Part shown: one piece after another, positions 8,214 to 17,130 of the stretch | Numbering within the stretch: the stretch's first letter is position 1 | Layout of the letters: each line of letters begins with the position of its first letter | NCBI GenBank assembly: GCA_017484125.1 | Contig: JAFUTV010000025.1 | Location: 1,235 to 65,234 of the forward strand | Source of the DNA: Bacilli bacterium | Lineage (GTDB): Bacteria > Bacillota_I > Bacilli_A > RF39 > UBA660 | Direction: 5' to 3' | Length of the DNA: 64,000 nucleotides | Position numbers and translations under genes: made by a program | Notes under the pieces: generated by a model | Told to the model about the DNA's origin: nothing | Databases searched by the model: none | What the model saw: the letters and a program-made list of their open reading frames with translations, nothing else

Positions 8214-9156
8214 TAATGATTCCAATTAAAATCATTGAAGAAAGTATATGACTTCCTCCATAACTTAAAAATAAGTAGGGTATTCCTATAACAGGAACTA
8301 ATTTTAAATTCATTGCTAAGTTCCACCAACACTGCCATAAAAATAAATAAAATGCGACTTGACTAGCAAGCGTATTTTTTTCCTTTAAAATAATAAGTAG
8401 GCTAATTGTTGATAGAATAATAATTATTAATAAATAAATATTTTTACTTAAAATGTATGCAATAAAAAAGTCATTATACATTTCTGGAAAATAAAGAGTA
8501 TTTCCTGTTGCAATTGATATAATAGCATTAGTAGTTTGAATAGAATCATCTTGGATAAAGTTTGTGATTCTATCTATTCTATAAAATATTGATGGACCTA
8601 TTAATTTTATAAGTATTTCTTTATCAAATAAGTAAATACCCATAAATAATGATATTATAATAGTAAATATTATACTTAAATGAAATATTTGCTTTTTATT
8701 TAATTTTTTAGTTAAAAAGAATATTAAAATAATAATATCTATTATTACTCCACCAGTATCTGGTTCTAAAAATATTAATATCATTGGTATCATATATAAT
8801 AAAATAAACTGCCATATATTACATTTATTAAGATATTTAATACTAATTAGAATTAATGCTATTTTCATTAATTCACTTGGTTGTATTGTAAATAATTTAA
8901 AATTTAACCAAGCACGAGAACCATTAGTAAATTTATTTAATAGTAATACTAGTACTAATAATAATATACATATTATATAGTAAATAATAGAATATTTAAG
9001 TATTTTTTTATACTTTATTTTAGATATTATTATACATGCTAAAAAACCTAATATAATCCAAATACTTTGTTTAATTCTTAAACTATTAGGTAAATAAAAT
9101 AAACTAATTATTAATAATATTAATATAGGAATTATTATTAAATATTTTCTTTTCAT
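8161..9156 (-). CDS. SEDS-family peptidoglycan glycosyltransferase (FtsW/RodA/SpoVE family)
   Basis: The protein is polytopic. It carries PSELMKIALIL, EPDTGG and PVIGIPYLFLSYGGSHIL, which match the FtsW/RodA signatures (PSEF.K, P.TG..LPF.SYGGS). Confidence 0.85.
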   Translation of the reverse strand: MKRKYLIIIPILILLIISLFYLPNSLRIKQSIWIILGFLACIIISKIKYKKILKYSIIYYIICILLLVLVLLLNKFTNGSRAWLNFKLFTIQPSELMKIALILISIKYLNKCNIWQFILLYMIPMILIFLEPDTGGVIIDIIILIFFLTKKLNKKQIFHLSIIFTIIISLFMGIYLFDKEILIKLIGPSIFYRIDRITNFIQDDSIQTTNAIISIATGNTLYFPEMYNDFFIAYILSKNIYLLIIIILSTISLLIILKEKNTLASQVAFYLFLWQCWWNLAMNLKLVPVIGIPYLFLSYGGSHILSSMILIGIIISSEDSKAHNHKVLDNM

Positions 9157-9224
9157 ATATTTATTATAACCAGGAGTAATTATAAATATAAAAAAAACAT
9201 ATTATAAATTAGGAGGAATAGTTT

Positions 9225-9503
9225 ATGAAAGATTTACCAAGAGTATATGCTAATAAAATAGATAAGGAGATAGTTAATTCTCAAGAAGTTACGACAGTAT
9301 TAGATGAATATGTTAAAGATGTAGATTTAAATAATATTTTAACTAAGGATAAGTTTTCTTTTAATCATATTTATTTAATAAAATTAAAAGATACTCAAAT
9401 AAAAGATAGTATTATTCAAATAAGTAATAAAAGATTATTAACAATTGATAATGGATGGATTAATATTGATGATATTATTTCATTAAAAGAAATAAAAAAG
9501 TAG
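9225..9503 (+). CDS. Hypothetical protein (92 aa)
   Basis: The ORF follows SD AGGAGGA. I recognise no family. Confidence 0.55.
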   Translation: MKDLPRVYANKIDKEIVNSQEVTTVLDEYVKDVDLNNILTKDKFSFNHIYLIKLKDTQIKDSIIQISNKRLLTIDNGWINIDDIISLKEIKK

Positions 9504-9512
9504 AGTTAAACT

Positions 9513-9842
9513 CTACATCATATCATCAATATATTTTTTTAATTGTTTAGCATCTTTGCCAAATATTATTTTAAGTTGATTATCTATTTCAACAATACCT
9601 TGAGCTCCAAGGGAAGTAATACCATCTTTATTAACTAAAGATACATCTTTTAAAATAACTTTAAACCTAGACATATTTACTTCAGCATTAACTATATTAT
9701 CTTTACCACCCAAATATTGAATAAGTTTATTTACTTCACTTGAAAAATTCTTTTTCTTTAATTTAATTACTACTAAAGAAATAATAATTAAAACAACAAT
9801 AATAACAATATACTGCCAAAAATCTAATACCATTTTTATCAC
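9513..9842 (-). CDS. Membrane-anchored PTS EIIB-like domain protein lacking the phospho-cysteine
   Basis: An N-terminal TM helix is followed by LIQYLGGKDNIVNAEVNMSRFKVILKD....GAQGIVEIDNQLKIIFG. This matches the EIIB(Glc) pattern LGGK.NI....HC.TRLR..L.D, but with Cys replaced by Asn. Confidence 0.6.
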   Translation of the reverse strand: MIKMVLDFWQYIVIIVVLIIISLVVIKLKKKNFSSEVNKLIQYLGGKDNIVNAEVNMSRFKVILKDVSLVNKDGITSLGAQGIVEIDNQLKIIFGKDAKQLKKYIDDMM

Positions 9843-9885
9843 CTTAATTAATTATACTATACTTTTAAAAAAAATAAAAGTAGTT

Positions 9886-9913
9886 ACAAAAAATAAAGTA
9901 ATATCATAAATTA
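9886..9913 (+). promoter_or_regulatory. Candidate sigma-K-type promoter for the coat gene
   Basis: AC (9886-9887), a 17-nt spacer and CATAAATTA (9905-9913) match AC-N17-CATANNNTA. The site lies ~32 nt upstream of the ATG. The AT-rich background makes chance matches plausible. Confidence 0.35.
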
Positions 9914-9945
9914 TTAATGAGAATATATGAAAGGGTGAATAATAT

Positions 9946-10374
9946 ATGAATAATAACAATGATAATTGTATTGCTGGAATTCTTCGTGTAATATTAGCAC
10001 TTCAACAAAATGCTTGTCCAGAAACATGTTTAGATACTTGTGATAGACCTATGCTTGGTGGTGGAACATGTGGGCTTGTTTGTAATACTAGACCTGTAAT
10101 GATTTATACATGTTGTGGTAATGGACAACCTTGGTCAATGCCTATAACTAAAGATGATACTTCTGTTTGTACAACAGCCAGTGATACTTGTTCAACGGTA
10201 TTTAGGGTTGAAAGAGTTGAAGGAGATGCGGCAACATTTAGAGTTTTAGCACCAAATCCCGATACTACAAGTTTAAATCCTTATGTCACAACTAATTCTT
10301 TCTTTACAATGGATTTAGATTGTTGCTGTGTAATTAGATGCTTGTCAGATACATTTGTTGAATGTGTAAATTAA
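9946..10374 (+). CDS. Cys-rich spore coat/exosporium protein of the CotY/CotZ/ExsY family
   Basis: TVFRVERVEGDAATFRVL and MDLDCCCVIRCLSD align with B. subtilis CotZ/CotY (TVFFRVERV.G.CATL..L and EVDLDCFCAI.CL). The N-terminal ILRVILALQ..AC pattern is also present. Confidence 0.85.
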   Translation: MNNNNDNCIAGILRVILALQQNACPETCLDTCDRPMLGGGTCGLVCNTRPVMIYTCCGNGQPWSMPITKDDTSVCTTASDTCSTVFRVERVEGDAATFRVLAPNPDTTSLNPYVTTNSFFTMDLDCCCVIRCLSDTFVECVN

Positions 10375-10401
10375 ACTTATGAATTAATTCATAAGTTTTT
10401 T
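10374..10401 (+). terminator. Intrinsic terminator after the coat gene
   Basis: Perfect palindrome AACTTATGAATT/AATTCATAAGTT followed by T5. Confidence 0.75.
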
Positions 10402-10425
10402 ATTTAAATAAAATGTTTTCATTTT

Positions 10426-10458
10426 TTGACAAAATATTGTTTTTAAATAATATATAAT
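10426..10458 (+). promoter_or_regulatory. Candidate spoIIG-type sigma-A promoter with an over-long spacer
   Basis: Consensus TTGACA (10426-10431) and TATAAT (10453-10458) are separated by 21 nt. The -35 element is embedded in TTTGACA, one mismatch from a reverse Spo0A box (TTCGACA). These are the only good hexamers between the upstream terminator and the spoIIGA ATG. Confidence 0.35.
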
Positions 10459-10474
10459 TTTACAGGGTGTTAAT

Positions 10475-11227
10475 ATGGTTATTTATATTGATTTACTTAT
10501 AGCATTAAATTTAATATATGATTTTTTGATACTTAAAGTTGTATCAATAGTATTAAAAAGAAATACTAATAATATGAGAATATTTATAGCTTCAATTATA
10601 GGTGAAATATCTATATTATTCTTAGTACTTAATTTTAATTATATTTTGTTATTTATATGTAAAATATTTCTTGCAATATTATTAAATATTATTACTTTTA
10701 ATTATAAATCAATAAAATATACTATTTATAATTTAAGCTATTTTTATATGATATCAATAATACTTGGTGGCTTTATTTATTTTTTATATTTAAAAGGAAT
10801 AAACTATATAATAATAATGTTATTAATTCCTATTATATTATTTATATATGTTATTTTACAAGAAAATAACATAAGATATCAGCACTATTATGAAGTAATT
10901 ATAACTTTTGTAAATAATCATAAAATAAAAGTAACAGGTTATTTAGATACCGGAAATACTTTAAGAGATCCTATTAGTTTAAAACCTATTATTATTGTTG
11001 ATAAAAATATATTAAAAGGTATAGGTAGTATTAGAAGCCCAATATTAGTACCTGTTAATGTATTAAATAATCATTTTTTATTAACATGTTTTAAAGTTAA
11101 AAATATTTCTATAAATAGTAAAATAATAACTAATGTTTTAATAGGAATATCGGAAAGTAAAATTAATATAGATGGAGTAGGATGTTTATTAAACAATTAT
11201 TTAAGAAAGGAAATTGAAAATGATTAA
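10475..11227 (+). CDS. spoIIGA: Sigma-E processing peptidase SpoIIGA
   Basis: It has five N-terminal TM helices. The C-terminal aspartic protease motif GYLDTGNTLRDP is present. It overlaps and precedes a pro-sigma-E gene. Confidence 0.9.
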   Translation: MVIYIDLLIALNLIYDFLILKVVSIVLKRNTNNMRIFIASIIGEISILFLVLNFNYILLFICKIFLAILLNIITFNYKSIKYTIYNLSYFYMISIILGGFIYFLYLKGINYIIIMLLIPIILFIYVILQENNIRYQHYYEVIITFVNNHKIKVTGYLDTGNTLRDPISLKPIIIVDKNILKGIGSIRSPILVPVNVLNNHFLLTCFKVKNISINSKIITNVLIGISESKINIDGVGCLLNNYLRKEIEND

Positions 11228-11906
11228 ATTAATAAAAAAAATATTAGAATTACTTAATATTAATACTTGTTATTATGCTTCGAACTTAGAACAATTACTT
11301 CCACCACTTAGCAAAGAAGAGGAATTATCTTGTTTGATTAAATCAAAGGAAGGAAATAAAGAAGCAAGAAATACTTTAATAGAGCATAATTTAAGATTGG
11401 TTGTGTTTTTAGCTAAAAAGTTTGAAAGTAGTGGATATGATTTAGAAGATTTAGTTTCAATAGGAACTATAGGTTTAATTAAAGGAATTAATACATATAA
11501 AATAGATAAAAATATAAAATTAGCAACTTATGCATCTCGTTGTATATCTAATGAAATACTTATGTTTTTAAGAAAAAACAAAAGATTATCTAATGAAGTA
11601 TCTTTAGAAGATACATTAAATTATGATAATGAAGGTAATGCTCTTAGTCTAGAAGATATCTTAGGAACTGATATAGATATTGTAGATAAAGAATATCAAT
11701 CGATAAATGATAAGGAACTATTAGAAAAAGAAATTGCCAAACTTCCAAAAAGAGATAAACAGATAATGGTTATGAGATATGGTTTATATAATACTAAGGA
11801 ATATACTCAAAAAGAAGTTGCAGATAAACTAGATATTTCTCAAAGTTATATTTCTAGAATTGAAAAAAAAGTTATTAGAAAAATACAAAATTTTTTAAAA
11901 GTATAA
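11214..11906 (+). CDS. sigE: RNA polymerase sporulation sigma factor E (pro-sigma-E)
   Basis: LPPPLSKEEE...NLRLVVFLAKKFE..G.DLEDLVSIGTIGLIKGINTY......KLATYASRCI.NEILMFLRK and ISQSYISRIEKK are near-identical to B. subtilis SigE. An N-terminal pro-sequence is present and the gene is adjacent to spoIIGA. Confidence 0.9.
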   Translation: MKMIKLIKKILELLNINTCYYASNLEQLLPPLSKEEELSCLIKSKEGNKEARNTLIEHNLRLVVFLAKKFESSGYDLEDLVSIGTIGLIKGINTYKIDKNIKLATYASRCISNEILMFLRKNKRLSNEVSLEDTLNYDNEGNALSLEDILGTDIDIVDKEYQSINDKELLEKEIAKLPKRDKQIMVMRYGLYNTKEYTQKEVADKLDISQSYISRIEKKVIRKIQNFLKV

Positions 11907-11933
11907 AAAAATAACTAAATTAGTTATTTTTTT
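11905..11933. terminator. Bidirectional terminator between sigE and the convergent gene
   Basis: A6-ATAACT-loop-AGTTAT-T6 structure. The A-run and T-run flanks allow it to function on both strands. Confidence 0.65.
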
Positions 11934-12679
11934 ACTCTAGATAGTATTATTTGTTTATCTTCTTTAATTATATCGTAAGTTAATTTTTTATTTATCTTAC
12001 CATCTTCAAAAGAACTCTTATTATCATCTATTTCAATATAGTAATCATGACTTACAAATTCATCAATATATTCTTTATGAAATTTATTAAAACAATCTTT
12101 ATAAAATCTTGTAGCAAGTAAATAATTTAAAACAATGTTTGTATTTGGAGTATTACTAGTTGATATATAATATATTTCTAGTTGATTAGTAATGGGATTA
12201 TAATAAATCATCGATTTAATACTATCATCATTTTGTGTAGTATCAAATATCATAGTTGAGGGACTAATAAACAAATTACTAGAAATAGATTCACAAGAAC
12301 TAATATTTTGTAATGATATTGATTTAATAAATCGACAGTTAATTATATAATCATACATTGATAAAAACGAGTATTGATCTATAATATTTAAATTGTCACC
12401 TAAATAAAATAACCCATTTTCTGGTTTAATTATTTCCATAGTATCTGAGTAATCTATATTTTTTTTAAATAATTTATCCAATAATTTTGCCTTTTTGTAA
12501 TATTCAAGTATCAATGATGTTTCATTTTCATTATTTGATTCTAAATAAAAGTTAAAATATTTAATGCTTTTGTCCACTTCTACATATTTTTTTAATGAAT
12601 CAAGACAATGTCTATTTTCTTGATATGCTTCATTTAAACCAAATATAACATCTTTTAATTCATAACAAGTCTTTTTCAT
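11924..12679 (-). CDS. Hypothetical cytoplasmic protein (251 aa)
   Basis: It is a long ORF on the minus strand with its own intergenic regions. I recognise no motifs. Confidence 0.55.
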   Translation of the reverse strand: MKKTCYELKDVIFGLNEAYQENRHCLDSLKKYVEVDKSIKYFNFYLESNNENETSLILEYYKKAKLLDKLFKKNIDYSDTMEIIKPENGLFYLGDNLNIIDQYSFLSMYDYIINCRFIKSISLQNISSCESISSNLFISPSTMIFDTTQNDDSIKSMIYYNPITNQLEIYYISTSNTPNTNIVLNYLLATRFYKDCFNKFHKEYIDEFVSHDYYIEIDDNKSSFEDGKINKKLTYDIIKEDKQIILSRVKK

Positions 12680-12801
12680 AACCTACACTCCCTTATAAAT
12701 ATTTTACCACATTATATATAATTTTCAATTTTTTATTATATTTATCTTAAAAGTATATTATTTTTTAATTTAATTTGATATAATTAATAGTGGTGAAGCA
12801 T

Positions 12802-13824
12802 ATGCAAAATATTTATGGCTATACAAAAGAAATGCTAAGTGATTATTTTGTAAACATGGGGGAGAAATCTTTTAAGGCTACCCAGGTTTTTGAATGGCTT
12901 TATCAAAAAAGAGTATCTAGTTTTAATGAAATGACAAATATTAAAAAAGATGTTATAGAAAAACTGGAAAAAGATTTTAACACACAAATGATAAAAATAG
13001 TAAAGAAACTGGAAACTAATGATACTCATAAATATTTATTTGAACTTAGTGATAAAAATTATATTGAAGCAGTTGTAATGGATCATGATTATGGAAGTAG
13101 TGTTTGTGTTTCATCTGAAGTTGGATGTAATATGGGTTGTGCGTTTTGTGAGTCTGGAAGATTAAAAAAACAAAGAAATTTAGAAACATATGAAATGGTA
13201 GAACAAATACTTCTTATTGAAAAGGATTTAAATATTAGAATATCTTCTGTAGTAATTATGGGGATTGGAGAACCTTTTGATAATTATGATAATGTAATAA
13301 AATTTTTATATATAATTAATGATGCAAAAGGATTAGCTATTGGTTCTCGTCATATAACGGTTTCAACTTGTGGATTGGTTCCTAAGATATTAGAATTTGC
13401 TAATTTTCCTTTACAAGTTAATTTAGCTGTTTCTCTTCATGCTGCATATGATGATTTAAGAGATAAATTAATGCCAGTTAATAAAGTTTACAAAATAAAT
13501 GAATTAATTGCTGCAATTAAAGAATATTATAAAAAAACTAATAGACGAGTTACTATAGAATATGTTATGCTAGATAGTGTAAATGATAGTTTAGATGATG
13601 CAAAAAAACTAGTTAATTTATTAAAAGGATTAAATGTATATGTAAATTTGATACCATATAATAAAACAAATACTTTGAATTTTAAGAAAACTAGTAAAGA
13701 TAGAGTATTGAAATTTGGAAAGTATTTACAAGATAATAACATAACAGTAACAATTAGAAAAGAATTTGGAAAAGAAATTCAAGCAGCTTGTGGACAATTA
13801 AGATCAAAGGAGGTTAGGATATGA
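12802..13824 (+). CDS. rlmN: 23S rRNA/tRNA adenine-C2 methyltransferase RlmN (radical SAM)
   Basis: ATG 12802 follows GGTGAAG. It carries the CNMGCAFCESG radical-SAM cluster motif, IMGIGEP and a C-terminal AACGQL. It sits in the conserved rlmN-stp-prkC-rsgA-rpe context. Confidence 0.9.
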   Translation: MQNIYGYTKEMLSDYFVNMGEKSFKATQVFEWLYQKRVSSFNEMTNIKKDVIEKLEKDFNTQMIKIVKKLETNDTHKYLFELSDKNYIEAVVMDHDYGSSVCVSSEVGCNMGCAFCESGRLKKQRNLETYEMVEQILLIEKDLNIRISSVVIMGIGEPFDNYDNVIKFLYIINDAKGLAIGSRHITVSTCGLVPKILEFANFPLQVNLAVSLHAAYDDLRDKLMPVNKVYKINELIAAIKEYYKKTNRRVTIEYVMLDSVNDSLDDAKKLVNLLKGLNVYVNLIPYNKTNTLNFKKTSKDRVLKFGKYLQDNNITVTIRKEFGKEIQAACGQLRSKEVRI

Positions 13825-14567
13825 AATCATTTTATTTAACTGATGCAGGAAAGGTTCGAAGCCATAATGAAGATTCAGTAACAATATTAAAAAATAATAA
13901 TGGCGAATATTTAATGATAGTTGCTGATGGTATGGGTGGACATCGTGCAGGTGAGGTTGCATCTAGTATGGTAGTTACTCACATGGGAAAAAGATTTAGT
14001 GAAGCATCAAGTGTTGGTAGTAAAGTAGATGCTATTAAGTGGTTAAATGACAATATTGCAGAAATTAATCAAAATATATTATCCTATACTAAAGATCATG
14101 AAGAAAGTGTAGGAATGGGAACAACTGTTGTTCTTGCCCTTTTAACAAAGGAGTTTTTAATATTCGGAAATATTGGTGATTCATCTGGATTTGCAATAAA
14201 AAATGGAAAACTTCATAAAGTAACTCATGATCATACTTTGGTAAATTTATTGGTTGAAGCTGGAGATTTAACTGAAGAAGAAGCAAAATATCATCCAAAG
14301 AAAAATGTTTTAATGAAGGCTTTAGGAGGAAACGAAAAAGTTGAATTAGACATATTTGATGTAGATATTTCTGCTAATGGTATTTTATTATGCAGCGATG
14401 GACTTACAAATATGTTAACTAATGAACAAATTGAAAAAGTATTAAATGATGAAGAATTAGATATAGAAGAAAAGGTAATAAAACTAATTAGAAAGTGTAA
14501 TGCAAGAGGGGGAACAGATAATATATCTATTGCATATTTAGTGAAGGAAAGTGGTGATTTAGCATGA
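13821..14567 (+). CDS. stp: PP2C-family Ser/Thr phosphatase (Stp/PrpC)
   Basis: RSHNEDS, VADGMGGHRAGEVAS, LCSDGL and GGTDNIS are PP2C motifs. It is joined to the kinase gene by an ATGA overlap. Confidence 0.9.
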   Translation: MKSFYLTDAGKVRSHNEDSVTILKNNNGEYLMIVADGMGGHRAGEVASSMVVTHMGKRFSEASSVGSKVDAIKWLNDNIAEINQNILSYTKDHEESVGMGTTVVLALLTKEFLIFGNIGDSSGFAIKNGKLHKVTHDHTLVNLLVEAGDLTEEEAKYHPKKNVLMKALGGNEKVELDIFDVDISANGILLCSDGLTNMLTNEQIEKVLNDEELDIEEKVIKLIRKCNARGGTDNISIAYLVKESGDLA

Positions 14568-16300
14568 TAATGAAAGGACAAAAAATTAATGATCGTTATC
14601 AAATTATTAAATCAATTGGCGAAGGTGGTATGGCTAATGTATATTTAGCTTTAGATACTATTTTAGATAGAAACGTAGCCGTAAAAGTTTTACGTGGAGA
14701 TTTAGCACATGATGAAAAGTTTGTTAGAAGATTTCAAAGAGAAGCATTAGCAGCTTCAAGTTTGTCGCATCCTAATGTAGTTGAAGTTTATGATGTTGGT
14801 GAAGATAATGGTAATTATTATATTGTCATGGAATATATTGAGGGTAGACAATTAAAGCAATTGTTAAAAAAGAGAGAAAAACTTACTTTAACTGAAGTAA
14901 TTGATATAATGCTTCAAATTACTGATGGTATGAGTGTTGCTCATGATGCATATATTATTCATAGAGATATTAAACCACAAAACATTATGATACTAGATAA
15001 TGGTATGGTAAAAATTACAGATTTTGGTATTGCAATGGCGATGAATTCAACACAACTAACGCAAACAAATTCAGTGATGGGTTCAGTTCATTATTTACCA
15101 CCAGAACAAGCTAATGGTAAAAGTGCAACATTACAAAGTGATATATATTCAATGGGTATTTTAATGTATGAACTACTTTCTGGTAAACTTCCTTATAAAG
15201 GAGATAATGCTGTTGAGATAGCTCTTAAACATCTTAAAGAGCCATTCCCATCAATAAGAGAAATAATGCCAGAAATACCTCAATCAGTTGAAAATATTAT
15301 TTTGAAAGCTACTGCTAAGAATCCTAAAAATAGATATGCTGATGCTAGAGAAATGTATGATGATATTAGAACTTGCTTAGATGAATCAAGAGAAAATGAA
15401 GAAAAGATTAAATTTAAATTTCCAGAAGGAGATAATGATACAAATGTTTCTAAGGCATTACAAAAGAAAACAACTTCTGATGATGAGGGTAATGTAATTG
15501 CTGAACAAATAACAGAAAGTGATGTAAGAAAAGATAACAAAATAGTTTTAATACTAGCAACAATATTTACTGGAATAGTAGCAATAATTACTGCAATTAT
15601 AATTTTACTTCCTATTATGACTAATGCTAAAGAAGTAAAAATACCTGATGTTACTAATATGAGTCAAACAGAGGCTGTTAAAACTTTACAAGATGCTGGA
15701 TTTAAAGTTGCAGATCAAGTTGAAGAAGTAGCATCTGATGATGTTAGTGAAGGTAAGATAGTTAAAACAAAACCAGTAGCAGGTGCAAAGAAAACAAAAG
15801 GAAGTGAAGTAACTTTATATGCTTCTTCAGGAAATGCAACTTATACCTTAGAGGATTATACTGGTAAAAATTATTTGACAGTTCAAGGCACATTGGAAGC
15901 TTATGGCGTATATGTATTAATAGAAAAGAAAGATGTTGAAGATTCAAATAGTTATGAGGGTAGTGAAGTAATTGATCAATCTATTAAAGCAGGTGAAAAG
16001 GTATCAGCTAAAGATACGGTAATACTTTATATTCCAAATATTATTGTTAAATATCCTGATTTCACATCTTATACTATAGATCAAGTTAAGAGTTTCTGTG
16101 AGAAAAATGATTTGAATTTAGTTATAAATCCAGAAGGTGCAACAAAGGGTAAAATTAAATCTCAAGATAAGGCTGCTGGAAGTCAAGTTAGACCTGGAAC
16201 AACTTTAAAAATAACTGTTGAAGTTGAAGATGATGGTAATAGTCAAGATTGTGATGGAGAATTCTGTGGGGATATAGATCCAAGTACAGTATATGATTAG
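14564..16300 (+). CDS. prkC: Ser/Thr protein kinase with three PASTA repeats (PrkC/PknB type)
   Basis: Kinase motifs GEGGMANVY, VAVK, HRDIKPQN, DFGIA and SDIYS are present. A TM helix is followed by three extracellular PASTA-like repeats. Confidence 0.9.
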   Translation: MIMKGQKINDRYQIIKSIGEGGMANVYLALDTILDRNVAVKVLRGDLAHDEKFVRRFQREALAASSLSHPNVVEVYDVGEDNGNYYIVMEYIEGRQLKQLLKKREKLTLTEVIDIMLQITDGMSVAHDAYIIHRDIKPQNIMILDNGMVKITDFGIAMAMNSTQLTQTNSVMGSVHYLPPEQANGKSATLQSDIYSMGILMYELLSGKLPYKGDNAVEIALKHLKEPFPSIREIMPEIPQSVENIILKATAKNPKNRYADAREMYDDIRTCLDESRENEEKIKFKFPEGDNDTNVSKALQKKTTSDDEGNVIAEQITESDVRKDNKIVLILATIFTGIVAIITAIIILLPIMTNAKEVKIPDVTNMSQTEAVKTLQDAGFKVADQVEEVASDDVSEGKIVKTKPVAGAKKTKGSEVTLYASSGNATYTLEDYTGKNYLTVQGTLEAYGVYVLIEKKDVEDSNSYEGSEVIDQSIKAGEKVSAKDTVILYIPNIIVKYPDFTSYTIDQVKSFCEKNDLNLVINPEGATKGKIKSQDKAAGSQVRPGTTLKITVEVEDDGNSQDCDGEFCGDIDPSTVYD

Positions 16301-16307
16301 GTAGTTT

Positions 16308-17129
16308 ATGAAGGGTAAAATAATTAAAAATATTAGTAATTTATATAGTGTTTTAGTAAATGATGAAATATATGATTGTATTCCTAGGGGTAAATTTAGA
16401 AATCTAAATATTACCCCTTTAGTTGGTGATGAAGTAATAATTGATATAGAAAATAAATATATACTTGAAGTACTTAAGCGAAGAAACGAACTTAATAGAC
16501 CAATGATATCTAATGTTGATGCAGGCATTATATTAACAAGTTTAAAAGGGCCAAATTTATCTTTATTACTTTTGGATAAACAAATATCATTTTTAACAAT
16601 CAATAATATTGAACCAGTTATTATATTTAGTAAACTAGATTTAATTGATGATTTAAATGATATAAATAATCTAAGAAAATATTATGAAAGTATTGGAATA
16701 AAGGTTTTTTATAATAATGAATTAGAAAAGATAAAAAAATATTTAAAAGGAAAAGAAGTTGTTATAACTGGTCAAACTGGTGCTGGTAAATCAACACTTA
16801 TTAATAAACTTGGTAATTTAAATATTAAAACAAGTGAAATATCTAAAGCTTTAGGAAGAGGTCGTCATACTACAAGACATGTCCAAATATATAATATAGA
16901 TGGAATAAATATTGCAGATACACCAGGTTTTAGTGCATTAGAATTAAATAATTATTCAAAAGAAGAAATAAGAGAATCTTTTATAGAGTTTGAAAATAGT
17001 GATTGTAAGTTTAAGGATTGTATGCATATTAAAGAATTAAATTGTAAAATAAAAGAAAAAGTAAATGATAATACAATTTTATCTTCAAGATATGATAATT
17101 ATATAAAAATAATAAGTGAGGTAAAATAA
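16308..17129 (+). CDS. rsgA: Ribosome small-subunit biogenesis GTPase RsgA
   Basis: Circularly permuted GTPase motifs are present (FSKLDL, GQTGAGKSTLIN, DTPGF). It has the C-terminal Zn cluster C.F.DC.H..E..C. Confidence 0.9.
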   Translation: MKGKIIKNISNLYSVLVNDEIYDCIPRGKFRNLNITPLVGDEVIIDIENKYILEVLKRRNELNRPMISNVDAGIILTSLKGPNLSLLLLDKQISFLTINNIEPVIIFSKLDLIDDLNDINNLRKYYESIGIKVFYNNELEKIKKYLKGKEVVITGQTGAGKSTLINKLGNLNIKTSEISKALGRGRHTTRHVQIYNIDGINIADTPGFSALELNNYSKEEIRESFIEFENSDCKFKDCMHIKELNCKIKEKVNDNTILSSRYDNYIKIISEVK

Positions 17130-17130
17130 T

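Noticed and set aside
14564-14567. Possible genetic code 4 (TGA read as Trp), given the Mollicute-like DUF285 proteins and very low GC.
   Set aside because: TGA terminates stp at the ATGA overlap with prkC, and Trp is encoded by TGG throughout. Conserved proteins have normal lengths under code 11.
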